Below are positions 29,256-39,107 of a stretch of 64,000 nucleotides of DNA, one piece after another. Positions within the stretch are counted from its first letter, which is position 1, and every line of letters starts with the position of its first letter. Position numbers and translations under genes: made by a program. Under the pieces are notes generated by a model. That model was given only the letters and a program-made list of their open reading frames with translations. It made no database searches and was not told the DNA's origin. Origin of the DNA: an uncultured SAR116 cluster alpha proteobacterium (GTDB taxonomy: Bacteria; Pseudomonadota; Alphaproteobacteria; Puniceispirillales; Puniceispirillaceae). The stretch is taken from the NCBI GenBank assembly GCA_902516825.1, contig CABXZZ010000002.1:1815-65814 (forward strand), read 5' to 3'.

Positions 29256-29504
29256 TCATCTGTTCTCAGTATCACTTGGCAACTGCTCTTGTAAATCAAT
29301 AGCTGTAGCAGGCATTATTGTAGACACAGCATGTTTATAAATCAGCTGAATATGGCCATCACGCTTCAGTAATATAGAGTAATTATCAAACCAAGTAATC
29401 AAACCCTGCAATTTTACTCCATTAACCAGAAATAATGTGACCGAAATGTGCTGTCGCCTCGCTGTATTAAGAAATACATCTTGCAGATTTTGATTTTTAT
29501 CCAT
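29256..29504 (-). CDS. hfq: RNA chaperone Hfq
   Basis: Sm1/Sm2 core [57 protein letters not shown]. Confidence 0.96.
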   Translation of the reverse strand: MDKNQNLQDVFLNTARRQHISVTLFLVNGVKLQGLITWFDNYSILLKRDGHIQLIYKHAVSTIMPATAIDLQEQLPSDTENR

Positions 29505-29532
29505 GCCATTTCCCTCAAGAATTAGTTTAAAT

Positions 29533-30369
29533 TCACCCTACGTTGTTTAAATAGGCGCTTCTAAGCGCTAAAGCAACAGGCCCCACATTGCCATCTGCTA
29601 TCAAGTCATCGTTAAGTTGAATAATTGGTGTTACGATGGCTGTTGCGCTCGTAACAAATAACTCTTTGGCTTCTTTTGCCTCTTCTACTGTGAATGACCT
29701 CTCTACTATTTTGTATTGTCCGATACTGGCAATATTAGTCAGACTTAATTTAGTAATACCGTTTAGGATTGCATTGCTTGCATGTCTCGTAACAAGTTGA
29801 TTTTCTTTATCAACCATCCATAAATTAGAAGACGCACCCTCTGTTATAGTACCATCCCTCATAACCATAATAGCTTCAAACGCACCTCGTTTAACAGCCT
29901 CCTCTTTTGCAATACAGTTTGGCAAGAGCTGAATTGTTTTTATATCCCGCCTATCCCATCTCTGGTCTGTAGTTGTGATAGCCTTTTTACCATCAACAGT
30001 CTTTGTAATTAAGGTTGGTTTAGCTGTAACAACAAGTGCCGGTGGTACAGCAGAAGGAAATTGATGAGCTCTATTTGCTACCCCGCGCGTAACCTGCAAA
30101 TATATTAGCCCATTTGTGATAAGGTTAGACTTAACCAACCTATTAAAAATCAGTTTTATCACCATCTCTGATATGGGTAGATCCAATGAAATTTCAGTAA
30201 GTGAACGCTTTAAGCGTGTAAAATGCCCCTCAAAGTCTATTAGATTTTTATTTAAAACTAAAACAACTTCATAAACACCATCCCCAAATTGGTATCCCCT
30301 ATCTTCAATATGCACGAATGCATGTTTATGAGGGACGTACCGACCATTTACATACGCTATTCTAGACAT
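29533..30369 (-). CDS. dat: D-amino acid / class IV aminotransferase
   Basis: Fold-type IV PLP enzyme ([13 protein letters not shown]). It occupies the trkA-hfq position typical of alphaproteobacteria. Confidence 0.8.
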   Translation of the reverse strand: MSRIAYVNGRYVPHKHAFVHIEDRGYQFGDGVYEVVLVLNKNLIDFEGHFTRLKRSLTEISLDLPISEMVIKLIFNRLVKSNLITNGLIYLQVTRGVANRAHQFPSAVPPALVVTAKPTLITKTVDGKKAITTTDQRWDRRDIKTIQLLPNCIAKEEAVKRGAFEAIMVMRDGTITEGASSNLWMVDKENQLVTRHASNAILNGITKLSLTNIASIGQYKIVERSFTVEEAKEAKELFVTSATAIVTPIIQLNDDLIADGNVGPVALALRSAYLNNVG

Positions 30370-30435
30370 AGCTATCCTTTTTTTATCAATTATTATTATA
30401 TAACTTCTAGTATATACTGATACTTTTGAATTCTG

Positions 30436-31806
30436 CTATTTGGCGGATAATATATTTTCTGCTTGCCGCGACTTACCCTGCTTTGCAAATACGATCACGT
30501 GGTCGCCCGCTTCTATAATTGTATCCCCTCGAGCGGGAATGATTTGCTCTCCTCTTAAAACAGCGCCTACTGTCACACCTTTAGGAATTCTTGACTTTCG
30601 CAAAGGCAAACCAACTAGGTCTGAGCCTGATACTGCCTCAGCCTCCAGCACTTCTCCCAAGCCCTCAACAATAGAATGAACATCAATAATCCGGCCTCTC
30701 CTTATATGTTCAAGAACGGATGATACCGTGATTTGAGGCGGGTTTATAACAACATCCACTCCCAATGTACTGATAAGGGGAAGAAAACCCTGCATATTGA
30801 CCAAAACAACAGCGTATTTTGCTCCAATTCTTTTAGCTAGAAGTGCGGACAAAATATTTACTTCATCATCATTAGATACAGCTACAAAAGTTTCAGAAGA
30901 GCCGACACTTGCCTCTTTTAGTATATCTGCGTCTAAAACATCTCCGCAAATGACACTTGTATTTGACAGTTTTGCAGCTATATTTCTGGCCTGATCTTTA
31001 TGGAGTTCAATTATTTTAGATTTAATTTCACTATGGCCTGACTCAATTTCTTGCGCTAACAACTGACCAATATTTCCACCTCCTGCGATAACAACAGAAG
31101 AAGTCCTATGTTCGTGATGTCCAAAAGCAGCCATTGCACGCTCTAAATGTTCTGTATCGCATACAAAATAAACTCTATCACCAGTTTTTAACTCATCAGT
31201 ACCGTCACGCGAAATTGTGACTAAGTTTTCACGAAGGATAGCAACAATTGTGATGGAGAGGTCTGGAAACAAATCCGTGAGATGACGCAATGGAGTATCC
31301 ATAATCGGGCAATTACTGTCGCATAAAACACCAACCAGTTGTAGTTTTCCGCCTCCAAGTTCTTTGACGTCAAATGCGCCTGGAAGTCTGAGCTGACGGC
31401 TTACAGCTGATGCAACCTCTTGCTCTGGTGAGATAATAAAATCAATTGGCATATTCTCTGTAGTAAAAACTTTACTTTGAAGGTCTGAGCGCAAGTAAGC
31501 GTTTGAACGAATCCTAGCGATTTTGGTAGGTGTTTTGAACAAGCTATGTGCCATTTGACAGGCAACCATATTCACTTCATCAGACTCTGTAACAGCAATG
31601 ATTAATTCAGCTTGATCAAGGCCTGCTCTTTCTAATACATCAGGATGAGATGCCAAGCCCACAATAGCGGAAAGGTCCGCATGCTCTGCAATGCGTTGAA
31701 CTTTTTCTTCATCGTGATCAATAACTGTAACGTCATTTTGCTCAGCTGCTAGATGAGTTGCTATCGCGCTTCCCACGATTCCTGCACCGCAAATTACTAT
31801 TCGCAT
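30436..31806 (-). CDS. trkA: Trk system potassium uptake protein TrkA
   Basis: Two Rossmann motifs (ICGAGIVGS, IAGGGNIGQ), each followed by an RCK C-terminal domain. Confidence 0.92.
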   Translation of the reverse strand: MRIVICGAGIVGSAIATHLAAEQNDVTVIDHDEEKVQRIAEHADLSAIVGLASHPDVLERAGLDQAELIIAVTESDEVNMVACQMAHSLFKTPTKIARIRSNAYLRSDLQSKVFTTENMPIDFIISPEQEVASAVSRQLRLPGAFDVKELGGGKLQLVGVLCDSNCPIMDTPLRHLTDLFPDLSITIVAILRENLVTISRDGTDELKTGDRVYFVCDTEHLERAMAAFGHHEHRTSSVVIAGGGNIGQLLAQEIESGHSEIKSKIIELHKDQARNIAAKLSNTSVICGDVLDADILKEASVGSSETFVAVSNDDEVNILSALLAKRIGAKYAVVLVNMQGFLPLISTLGVDVVINPPQITVSSVLEHIRRGRIIDVHSIVEGLGEVLEAEAVSGSDLVGLPLRKSRIPKGVTVGAVLRGEQIIPARGDTIIEAGDHVIVFAKQGKSRQAENILSAK

Positions 31807-31872
31807 TAATGTTTAATCCTAAACTATAGTATTTTTTGTTATATCTGCCCCGATTAAGAAAAATCAAGGGGT

Positions 31873-33252
31873 TTAACTATCTGAGATTCCCGCCGACTTT
31901 AATTTTCTATGAAGCGCAGAGCGTTCCATCTCTATAAATTTTGCCATTTGAGTGATATTGCCGTCAAATCTTTCTAGTTGAGATAATAAATAGGCACGCT
32001 CGAACTTCTCTCTTGCCTCTCTTAAAGGAAGAGACATAAAGGTTTCATTTAAGTTTTTTTTATTTTTATCTGAGTTCGATGGGCTATTAAACTCTGGTAA
32101 GGCCGATACGCCGACAGGCTCACAATTGTCATCCGATGATAAGATAATGATCGTTTCTATAACATTTTTAAGTTGCCTTACAGAGCCAGGCCAGGCCAAG
32201 GCTCTCAAAGCGTTCAATAGGTCTTCTCCCAGCTTAATGGGCTTTTTTCCAAGTAATTCAGACTGTTGCTGAACAAAATACTTAGCTAACTGTGGTACAT
32301 CTTCTCTGCGCTGTGATAATTCTGGAACATAAATATTTACAACAGCAAGTCTATAAAACAAATCCTCTCTGAGTTTTCCAGCTTCAATCATTTCCTTTGG
32401 ATTATTGTTTGTGGCGGAAATAATACGGACATCAGACATAATTTCAGATGTTCCCCCTACTCTTCGAAAGCGTTGTTCAGTCACTGCACGTAATAAACGC
32501 GCCTGCATGGTCGCAGATAAATCACTAATCTCATCAAAATATAGCGTTCCTAAGTGTGCCTGTTCAAGCAAACCAACAATTCTGCGCCCATACTGAAATA
32601 TTTCTGTTCCAAATAATTCTGCATCGCCTTTTTCATCAGACAATCGACTACATGAGACAACAACAAATGGATGGTCTGAACGTGATGATTTATCATGTAT
32701 TAATCTTGCTACAGTCTCTTTACCAGATCCTGGTCTTCCTTGGATTAACACTCTGCTAGATGTAGGAGCAATTTTTTCAACATCATTTTTAAGCTGTTTC
32801 ATTTTTGCTGAATTACCAATTAAATCTGGCTGCTTATAAACGGCCGTTCTTGAACGTAGTAATTGATTTTCAATTTCCAGCCTCTTTGCCTGCAATGCTC
32901 TTCTAACTGTGAGAATCAAACGCTCCGCCTTAAACGGTTTTTCTATAAACTCATAAGCACCATTTCGGATTGCCTCCACCGCTGTAGATATTGTTCCGTG
33001 TCCAGAGATCATCAATATTGGCATATCGGGATAAATTTCCTTACACCAACTGAGTAGCTCAAGACCATCCATATCTGAGTCGCGCATCCAAATATCTAAA
33101 ATGGCGCATGAAGGTAATCTTTTTGATACAATATCACGAGCCTGTTCTGCATTTGCTGCCTGAACAGTCGAAAATCCTTCATCTTCAAGTGTTAAGCTTA
33201 TTAGTGACCGAATGTCTGGCTCATCATCAACAATTAAAATCTCTTGACTCAT
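31873..33252 (-). CDS. ntrX: response regulator NtrX (REC-AAA+-HTH)
   Basis: REC domain, Walker A GRPGSGKE and Walker B LYFDEISD. No GAFTGA loop, as usual for NtrX. C-terminal HTH. ATGA overlap with ntrY. Confidence 0.87.
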   Translation of the reverse strand: MSQEILIVDDEPDIRSLISLTLEDEGFSTVQAANAEQARDIVSKRLPSCAILDIWMRDSDMDGLELLSWCKEIYPDMPILMISGHGTISTAVEAIRNGAYEFIEKPFKAERLILTVRRALQAKRLEIENQLLRSRTAVYKQPDLIGNSAKMKQLKNDVEKIAPTSSRVLIQGRPGSGKETVARLIHDKSSRSDHPFVVVSCSRLSDEKGDAELFGTEIFQYGRRIVGLLEQAHLGTLYFDEISDLSATMQARLLRAVTEQRFRRVGGTSEIMSDVRIISATNNNPKEMIEAGKLREDLFYRLAVVNIYVPELSQRREDVPQLAKYFVQQQSELLGKKPIKLGEDLLNALRALAWPGSVRQLKNVIETIIILSSDDNCEPVGVSALPEFNSPSNSDKNKKNLNETFMSLPLREAREKFERAYLLSQLERFDGNITQMAKFIEMERSALHRKLKSAGISDS

Positions 33253-35450
33253 TTGGCATCATCCTTTGATGTTTTATCACCTGATAACGGAACGGATACA
33301 GTAATATGTGCTCCACCTTCATGATGATTTTGCAATTTAATCTGCCCAGCATGGTCATTAATGATTTTCTGTGCGATAGCTAAACCGAGACCTGTTCCAG
33401 CGTCCCTTCCCGTCACATATGGCTCAAATAACTTGGTCAAATTTTTGGTTCGGAAACCAGGACCATTATCTATTATGTCAACATATACGGTTGAGCTATC
33501 ATATCTTAAATCAACCATTATACTTGGGTTTAAAACACTATTTTCTTTAAGTGAATCAATTGCATTTTGGAACAAATTTGCAACAACTTGTCGAATTAAT
33601 CCAGAGTCCGCATCAATAAATATAGGTAGTGGTGGCTTGAGAAATGATATTTGTATTTGCTCATCCTCATTTTGATATAGTTGAATCTGCTCTTCTACAA
33701 GAGCTGAAATTTCCTGTTTGGTTAAAATGGCGGCTGGCATCCTCGCAAAACTTGAAAATTCATCAACTAGTCTCCCAATATCACCAACCTGCCTGCTAAT
33801 AATCGTCAAAAACTGATCGAATTGCTTTGCTTTTATAGGATCATCTGGCCTGTATTTTTTCTTTAACCTATCCGCAGCTAATTCAATCGGTGTAAGCGGA
33901 TTTTTAATTTCATGAGCTATTCGTCGTGCAATATCTGACCAGGCCGCTTTACGTTGCGCTGATAAAAGTTCTGTCACATCGTCAAATGTAGCTATATATC
34001 CCACTATTCTTCCTTCGATCTTCTCAGATGTGATGCCAGCTTGAAGAAAAAGTTGCTGGTCCCTCCTAACAATCATAACCTCGGTATTATATTGACGTTT
34101 TTTCCCTTGCTTAATAGCGGAAAACAATTCCGCAAATTCTGGCAATACATCTGTTAAATTGCTTCCAATCATTTGTTCTTTTGAATAATCAAGCAATGAG
34201 CATGCAGCTGTATTGGGTAGTGTAATTGTTCCCTCACTCGTAAGACCAATTACGCCAGATGAAACACCAGACAACACTGCTTCAGTAAATTCACGTCTTT
34301 GATCAAGCTGCTTGTTGGCATGAACAAGCTGCCTTTGACTTGAGGATAAATCATCCATCATTCTGTTAAAGCTACTGCCTAAAAGGGCAATTTCATCCAA
34401 ATCTGTTTTAATGTCTGCCCTCGAATTAAGATTGCCAGCTCTAACAGCGTCTGCAACAGAAATGATTCCTCGAAGGGGGTTTGTGATAGCTCCAGACAAG
34501 CTAAGACCAACCCAAAGTGCCGATAATAACAAAAATAACGAGATAACAGCAAAGATGGCAGCCATTGAGATTTGCAGGTCAAACTGTCGAATCGATAGAG
34601 ATTGATAATCAGATACCGCCAAGCGAGTTTTATCAACTGCTTCAAGAACCTCAGAATCAATAAATCGGCCAACCAATAAGTAAGCATCTACAAAGTTATT
34701 TAATTTAACCAAAGCCTGAATTTTGGTGTTATCTTCAGTTCGGGTAATAACGACTTCATTATTTCTTGCGCGCTCAAGCCACTCTCGATTAAGCTCTGAA
34801 AAAATGATGGAGAATGCAAATCGTGACTTGGCAATAATCTGTCCTGTACCATCCAAAATCACCGCTTCCGACAAATTTCTTATTCCTACCTGATCTGTTA
34901 TAAACCTGTTAAAAATCTGATTATTCTGAGCTAATTTTAATCCATCCCTATTAACATCATTTGCCATGGCAAGCACCTGACCTCGCACAGAACGGGTATG
35001 CTCCTCAAGGTAAGCATCTGCTATTGTTACAGAATCATTTACTGCTGTAGAAATACGCTCTGAGAACCAACCCCGCAACGAGTAATCAACAACAGATACA
35101 GCAAAGCTTGCAACGATTATAGACGGAAATACGGTAATCACACCAAACAGGACCGCTAGCCTTAATTGCAACTGGGCGCCTGCTTTTTTTTGTCTTTTTT
35201 CTGCAAACAGTCTGAGAATTTGCCGTATAATTAAAAAAAGTAAACCGACTAGACATAAGCTTGCAACTGCAAAAATAGATAACAGCAAATCTGACTGTTG
35301 GGGCAACGTTTCTACAGTAGAGAGTGCAAGAAAACTAAAAATGCTAAATAAAACGCTAATTAATACCACAGCTGCAATGAGTTGGAGCAACTTTCTAAAG
35401 CTTGTTTCGCTTTTGTCTGGCAGTAGGGATTTGGTTATTCCAAATTGCAT
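33249..35450 (-). CDS. ntrY: sensor histidine kinase NtrY
   Basis: N-terminal TM segments, HAMP and PAS domains, H-box HEIKNPLTPI, and G boxes DNGPGF and GTGLGLAIAQ. Confidence 0.87.
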   Translation of the reverse strand: MQFGITKSLLPDKSETSFRKLLQLIAAVVLISVLFSIFSFLALSTVETLPQQSDLLLSIFAVASLCLVGLLFLIIRQILRLFAEKRQKKAGAQLQLRLAVLFGVITVFPSIIVASFAVSVVDYSLRGWFSERISTAVNDSVTIADAYLEEHTRSVRGQVLAMANDVNRDGLKLAQNNQIFNRFITDQVGIRNLSEAVILDGTGQIIAKSRFAFSIIFSELNREWLERARNNEVVITRTEDNTKIQALVKLNNFVDAYLLVGRFIDSEVLEAVDKTRLAVSDYQSLSIRQFDLQISMAAIFAVISLFLLLSALWVGLSLSGAITNPLRGIISVADAVRAGNLNSRADIKTDLDEIALLGSSFNRMMDDLSSSQRQLVHANKQLDQRREFTEAVLSGVSSGVIGLTSEGTITLPNTAACSLLDYSKEQMIGSNLTDVLPEFAELFSAIKQGKKRQYNTEVMIVRRDQQLFLQAGITSEKIEGRIVGYIATFDDVTELLSAQRKAAWSDIARRIAHEIKNPLTPIELAADRLKKKYRPDDPIKAKQFDQFLTIISRQVGDIGRLVDEFSSFARMPAAILTKQEISALVEEQIQLYQNEDEQIQISFLKPPLPIFIDADSGLIRQVVANLFQNAIDSLKENSVLNPSIMVDLRYDSSTVYVDIIDNGPGFRTKNLTKLFEPYVTGRDAGTGLGLAIAQKIINDHAGQIKLQNHHEGGAHITVSVPLSGDKTSKDDAK

Positions 35451-35459
35451 TCGTTAAGC

Positions 35460-36875
35460 CTATTTGTACCCATCACGAGATAAAGGCAGGTTTAATTGTT
35501 TGATTTTTTTTCGTAATGTATTTCTGTTAATTCCTAATATTTCGGAAGCCTTAATCTGATTACCAGAAGTCCGTTTCATTGTTGCATGGATGAGTGGTTT
35601 CTCTACTTCTTTCATTATCCTTTCAAACAGACCAGAAGAAGGCAAATCATTCCCAAGCGAATTAAAATACCTATCAATGTGATGTTTCGCGGAATCACCG
35701 AGTGACATTTTCTTATCTTCTAACAAGTTATTTTTCAGCACATTGATTTCTGCTAACACCTCTTCCGCTATAATTTTGTCTGAGTCTGCATTCACGAAAA
35801 GACGCCTAATAACGAACATTAGCTCTCTTAAGTTCCCAGGCCAATTCCATGATTGCAGACAATTAACTGCATCAGATTGCAGAATTTTTGTGACCCCAAA
35901 TTCACTACTTAGGTTCTTACATATTAAATTTGCAAGGGGCCTTACATCTTCAAGACGCTCTCTTAATGGCGGGACAGTCAAATAAGCTGAAGCTAAGGCG
36001 AAATATAAATCGTCTCTAAATAATCCCTGAGAAACATAACTTCTGAGGTCAACACAAGTTCCAACCACAATTCGGTGTGGCCTATAAGTACTATTTTCTG
36101 GTCTATCCAAATACCGCATTAACGCACGTTGTGCTTCATTCGATAGAAGTTCAATATTGTTGATAAACAAGCTCCCATTGGCAGCTGTTTTAATTATATT
36201 TTTCTGACCAAAAAATAAATTTAAATGTTCATCTTGTGGTGTATGAGACAAATTAATAGCAATAAATTGCGCTGGTTTCTCGTTACCAATTTGACATAAG
36301 GTGCGCGCTATTTCCTCTTTTTCAGCTCCTTCCTCCGCATGAATTAGGACCGGAACCTTTGTGGCAGAATATCTCGTTAGTAACCTGAATGTATTTTGCA
36401 TTGCTGCGGATTGCCCTACAAGTGGTATTGCAATGACCCTAGGAACTGAAAGCTGTGCGGAACTCATCGCTAAAGGATTATTTTCCTCAACCACATCATT
36501 ACTTGAACGCAGGCGAGCTGAACGATTACATACTTCTATTAACTTTCCTAACTCAAATGGTTTTGGAAAATAATCAACAACTTCATATTTTTGGGTTTTA
36601 ATTGCCGTCAATAAATTAGTTCTTGCACTCATAACGATAATTTGTAGATCAGGGCGTTTTTCCTTTATGCGTGGAAGAACGTCGAGTACATCGCCATCTG
36701 GAAAGCCAACATCAGTAATTAAAATATTTCCCCGTCCTGACATGGTATAATCCCAAAGTCCCGCGAGAGTAGTGACAGCAGACACCTTATAGCCTTGTCT
36801 GGTCAGAGCATGAACCAGGAAAGTTCGAACCGACCTATCATCATCAGCAACAATAAATTGAGCAGTTTTACTCAT
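35460..36875 (-). CDS. ntrC: NtrC-orthologous response regulator with degenerate AAA+ module
   Basis: Positioned between ntrB and ntrY. Intact REC domain (DDD...ITDVGFPD...PKPF) and Fis-type HTH (NQIKASEILGINRNTLRKKIK). The central domain reads AEEGAEKE, has no GAFTGA, and has LFINNIE in place of Walker B. Confidence 0.8.
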   Translation of the reverse strand: MSKTAQFIVADDDRSVRTFLVHALTRQGYKVSAVTTLAGLWDYTMSGRGNILITDVGFPDGDVLDVLPRIKEKRPDLQIIVMSARTNLLTAIKTQKYEVVDYFPKPFELGKLIEVCNRSARLRSSNDVVEENNPLAMSSAQLSVPRVIAIPLVGQSAAMQNTFRLLTRYSATKVPVLIHAEEGAEKEEIARTLCQIGNEKPAQFIAINLSHTPQDEHLNLFFGQKNIIKTAANGSLFINNIELLSNEAQRALMRYLDRPENSTYRPHRIVVGTCVDLRSYVSQGLFRDDLYFALASAYLTVPPLRERLEDVRPLANLICKNLSSEFGVTKILQSDAVNCLQSWNWPGNLRELMFVIRRLFVNADSDKIIAEEVLAEINVLKNNLLEDKKMSLGDSAKHHIDRYFNSLGNDLPSSGLFERIMKEVEKPLIHATMKRTSGNQIKASEILGINRNTLRKKIKQLNLPLSRDGYK

Positions 36876-38008
36876 TACAATAATTCCTTATTTTCGCCTA
36901 TTATATTTTGTAATGGGTTGGCAACATCAATTGGAAGATTGATTTTGAAATGTGTTTCTCCTGCACCAGATCTAACTTCAATAGCGCCCCCATGCTCAGA
37001 GACTACTGACGCTACAAGCGCTAAGCCGAGACCCGAACCTTTTAACTTATTAGATATAAACGGTTCGAAAACATATCCCTCAAGTTCAGGAGAAATTCCA
37101 CTTCCAGTGTCAATGATGTCAATCTGAAGAGGCAATTGATTCAAACCATATTGATTAGAAGCAGAATGAGGGGTAGACAACGCATATGAAGTCTTAACAA
37201 ACAATAAATCATTTTGCTTTGTCGCTTCTGACGCGTTTTTAAATAAATTAAGAAAGAGCTGAATAAGTAAATCCCTATCCGCGAATATCAAAGGCAAGGA
37301 GGGATCAAAGTCTCTCTGATTAATAAGATGTCTTCCAAATGATGAACTACTTACCTTCAAACAATGGTCTAGCACCTCATGAATATTTATGTGTTCTAGG
37401 TGCAAAGGTTTATCCGCGGAAAGTTTTTCAATTCTCTCCAGTAATTTAATTATTCTGTCTGTTTCAGTTACAATCAAATTGCTTAATTCTTGATTTTCTT
37501 GTCCAAGTTCCAATTCTAAAAGCTGGGCAGCACCCTTGATGCCAGCTAGGGGATTCCTTATTTCATGTGCAAGTAGCGCTGTTACTTTTGACATCGATAA
37601 CGCTGCGCCCTTGAAATGGGTGCGTGATTTGGCAACCTGCTCAAGCGTGTTTTTTTGCAAGGAGATAACAATAAATTCATTATTTGAGTAAAATGGGCCA
37701 ATTTGAATATTTACGATTGTGTCTTTTAGTCTTGGTAGGGAAAGTGAAACCGAATGTTCACTCAAAGAGCTTGCTGTTTGCCTTACCCTTGAGATCATCC
37801 TAATTAATACAGAATCAGAGTTAAAATACTCTTCTGCAGAACTACCCTTAAAAATAGCTAAGCTAGAGTTAAAAAATGTCTCTCCTGCATGATTAAGCCA
37901 CACAAAATTATTATTACTATCAAGAATGATTACAGGGTATGGTAGCGCATCCAACACAGCATAACCTGCAGGAAGGTTAACCTGACTATTGATTATATTA
38001 GTATGCAC
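36875..38008 (-). CDS. ntrB: nitrogen regulation sensor histidine kinase NtrB
   Basis: PAS domain, H-box HEIRNPLAGIKGAAQLL, and G boxes DTGSGI and GSGLGLAL. The GTG start overlaps the dusB stop by 1 nt. Confidence 0.87.
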   Translation of the reverse strand: MHTNIINSQVNLPAGYAVLDALPYPVIILDSNNNFVWLNHAGETFFNSSLAIFKGSSAEEYFNSDSVLIRMISRVRQTASSLSEHSVSLSLPRLKDTIVNIQIGPFYSNNEFIVISLQKNTLEQVAKSRTHFKGAALSMSKVTALLAHEIRNPLAGIKGAAQLLELELGQENQELSNLIVTETDRIIKLLERIEKLSADKPLHLEHINIHEVLDHCLKVSSSSFGRHLINQRDFDPSLPLIFADRDLLIQLFLNLFKNASEATKQNDLLFVKTSYALSTPHSASNQYGLNQLPLQIDIIDTGSGISPELEGYVFEPFISNKLKGSGLGLALVASVVSEHGGAIEVRSGAGETHFKINLPIDVANPLQNIIGENKELL

Positions 38009-38988
38009 TAGGCTGCCTCATTATGTTCATTAAAATATCTGTTAACCGCATCAAATACTATATGTGAATCATGTGTATTATTAGCCACATCACGCAAAGC
38101 AGCCGATCCTGGTAAACCATGCGCATACCAAGCAATATGTTTGCGGGCAAGTCGCATCCCATCTGTGCCATAACATATAAGCATATCATCTAAATGAGAT
38201 AGCATTATCTCTCTTTTTTGAGCAATAGAAGGGTGAGACCTTATCTCTTGATTAGAGAGCAGGTCACCAGCTTGTCCCAATAACCAGGGTCTACCTTGAG
38301 CGCCGCGGCCAATCATGACGCCATGCGCACCTGACTGGCTTAATGCTTTTTGCACATCATCAAGGCTATTAATATCCCCATTAACCAGTACAGGTATTGA
38401 CACATTCTCTACCGTTTTTCTTATCTCATGCCAGTCTGCCTGTCCTTTATACATCTGGTTCCGCGTTCTACCGTGAACAGCTAGCATTTTTACCCCAGCT
38501 TGTTCAGCAAGCATTCCAATGTGAGGTGCATTTTTGTTCAACTCATTCCACCCCAATCGCATTTTTAATGTAACAGGAATACTGGTTGCCTTAACTACTG
38601 CGGAACAAATTTGCGCCGTTAACTCAGGTGTTTGCATTAGCGCAGAGCCTGAATATCTCCCTGTAACTTTCTTCGCAGGGCACCCTAGATTTATATCAAT
38701 GATAGATGCCCCAAGCTGCTCTGCTATCCTTGCAGCTTCTGCCATAATTTCAGGATCCCAACCAGCAAGCTGTATGGAAAGAGGTGCCTCCATAGCAGAA
38801 GAAAATTTCAGCTTTCTAATTTCTTTTCTTACGGATTGGAGTATTGCATTGCTTGCAATCATCTCTGATACAACCAGACCGCCCCCAAGAGAGCGCACTA
38901 TACGCCGAAATGGCTGGTCGGTTATTCCTGACATTGGCGCGAGCACCGCCGCATGGGGTAGCGTTAGAGAGCCGAGCGAAAGCTGCAT
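38008..38988 (-). CDS. dusB: tRNA-dihydrouridine synthase B (NifR3)
   Basis: Dus TIM-barrel with [10 protein letters not shown]. Classic nifR3-ntrBC linkage. Confidence 0.92.
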   Translation of the reverse strand: MQLSLGSLTLPHAAVLAPMSGITDQPFRRIVRSLGGGLVVSEMIASNAILQSVRKEIRKLKFSSAMEAPLSIQLAGWDPEIMAEAARIAEQLGASIIDINLGCPAKKVTGRYSGSALMQTPELTAQICSAVVKATSIPVTLKMRLGWNELNKNAPHIGMLAEQAGVKMLAVHGRTRNQMYKGQADWHEIRKTVENVSIPVLVNGDINSLDDVQKALSQSGAHGVMIGRGAQGRPWLLGQAGDLLSNQEIRSHPSIAQKREIMLSHLDDMLICYGTDGMRLARKHIAWYAHGLPGSAALRDVANNTHDSHIVFDAVNRYFNEHNEAA

Positions 38989-39107
38989 ATAAAATTCTCA
39001 CTTTAATGATATGCATAAATAATAGGCAATTATTGACCTGAAATCTACTATAGAAGAAGAATTTAGCAAAATAGACAAAATTTAAACTCTATGCTTTAAA
39101 GAAAAAC

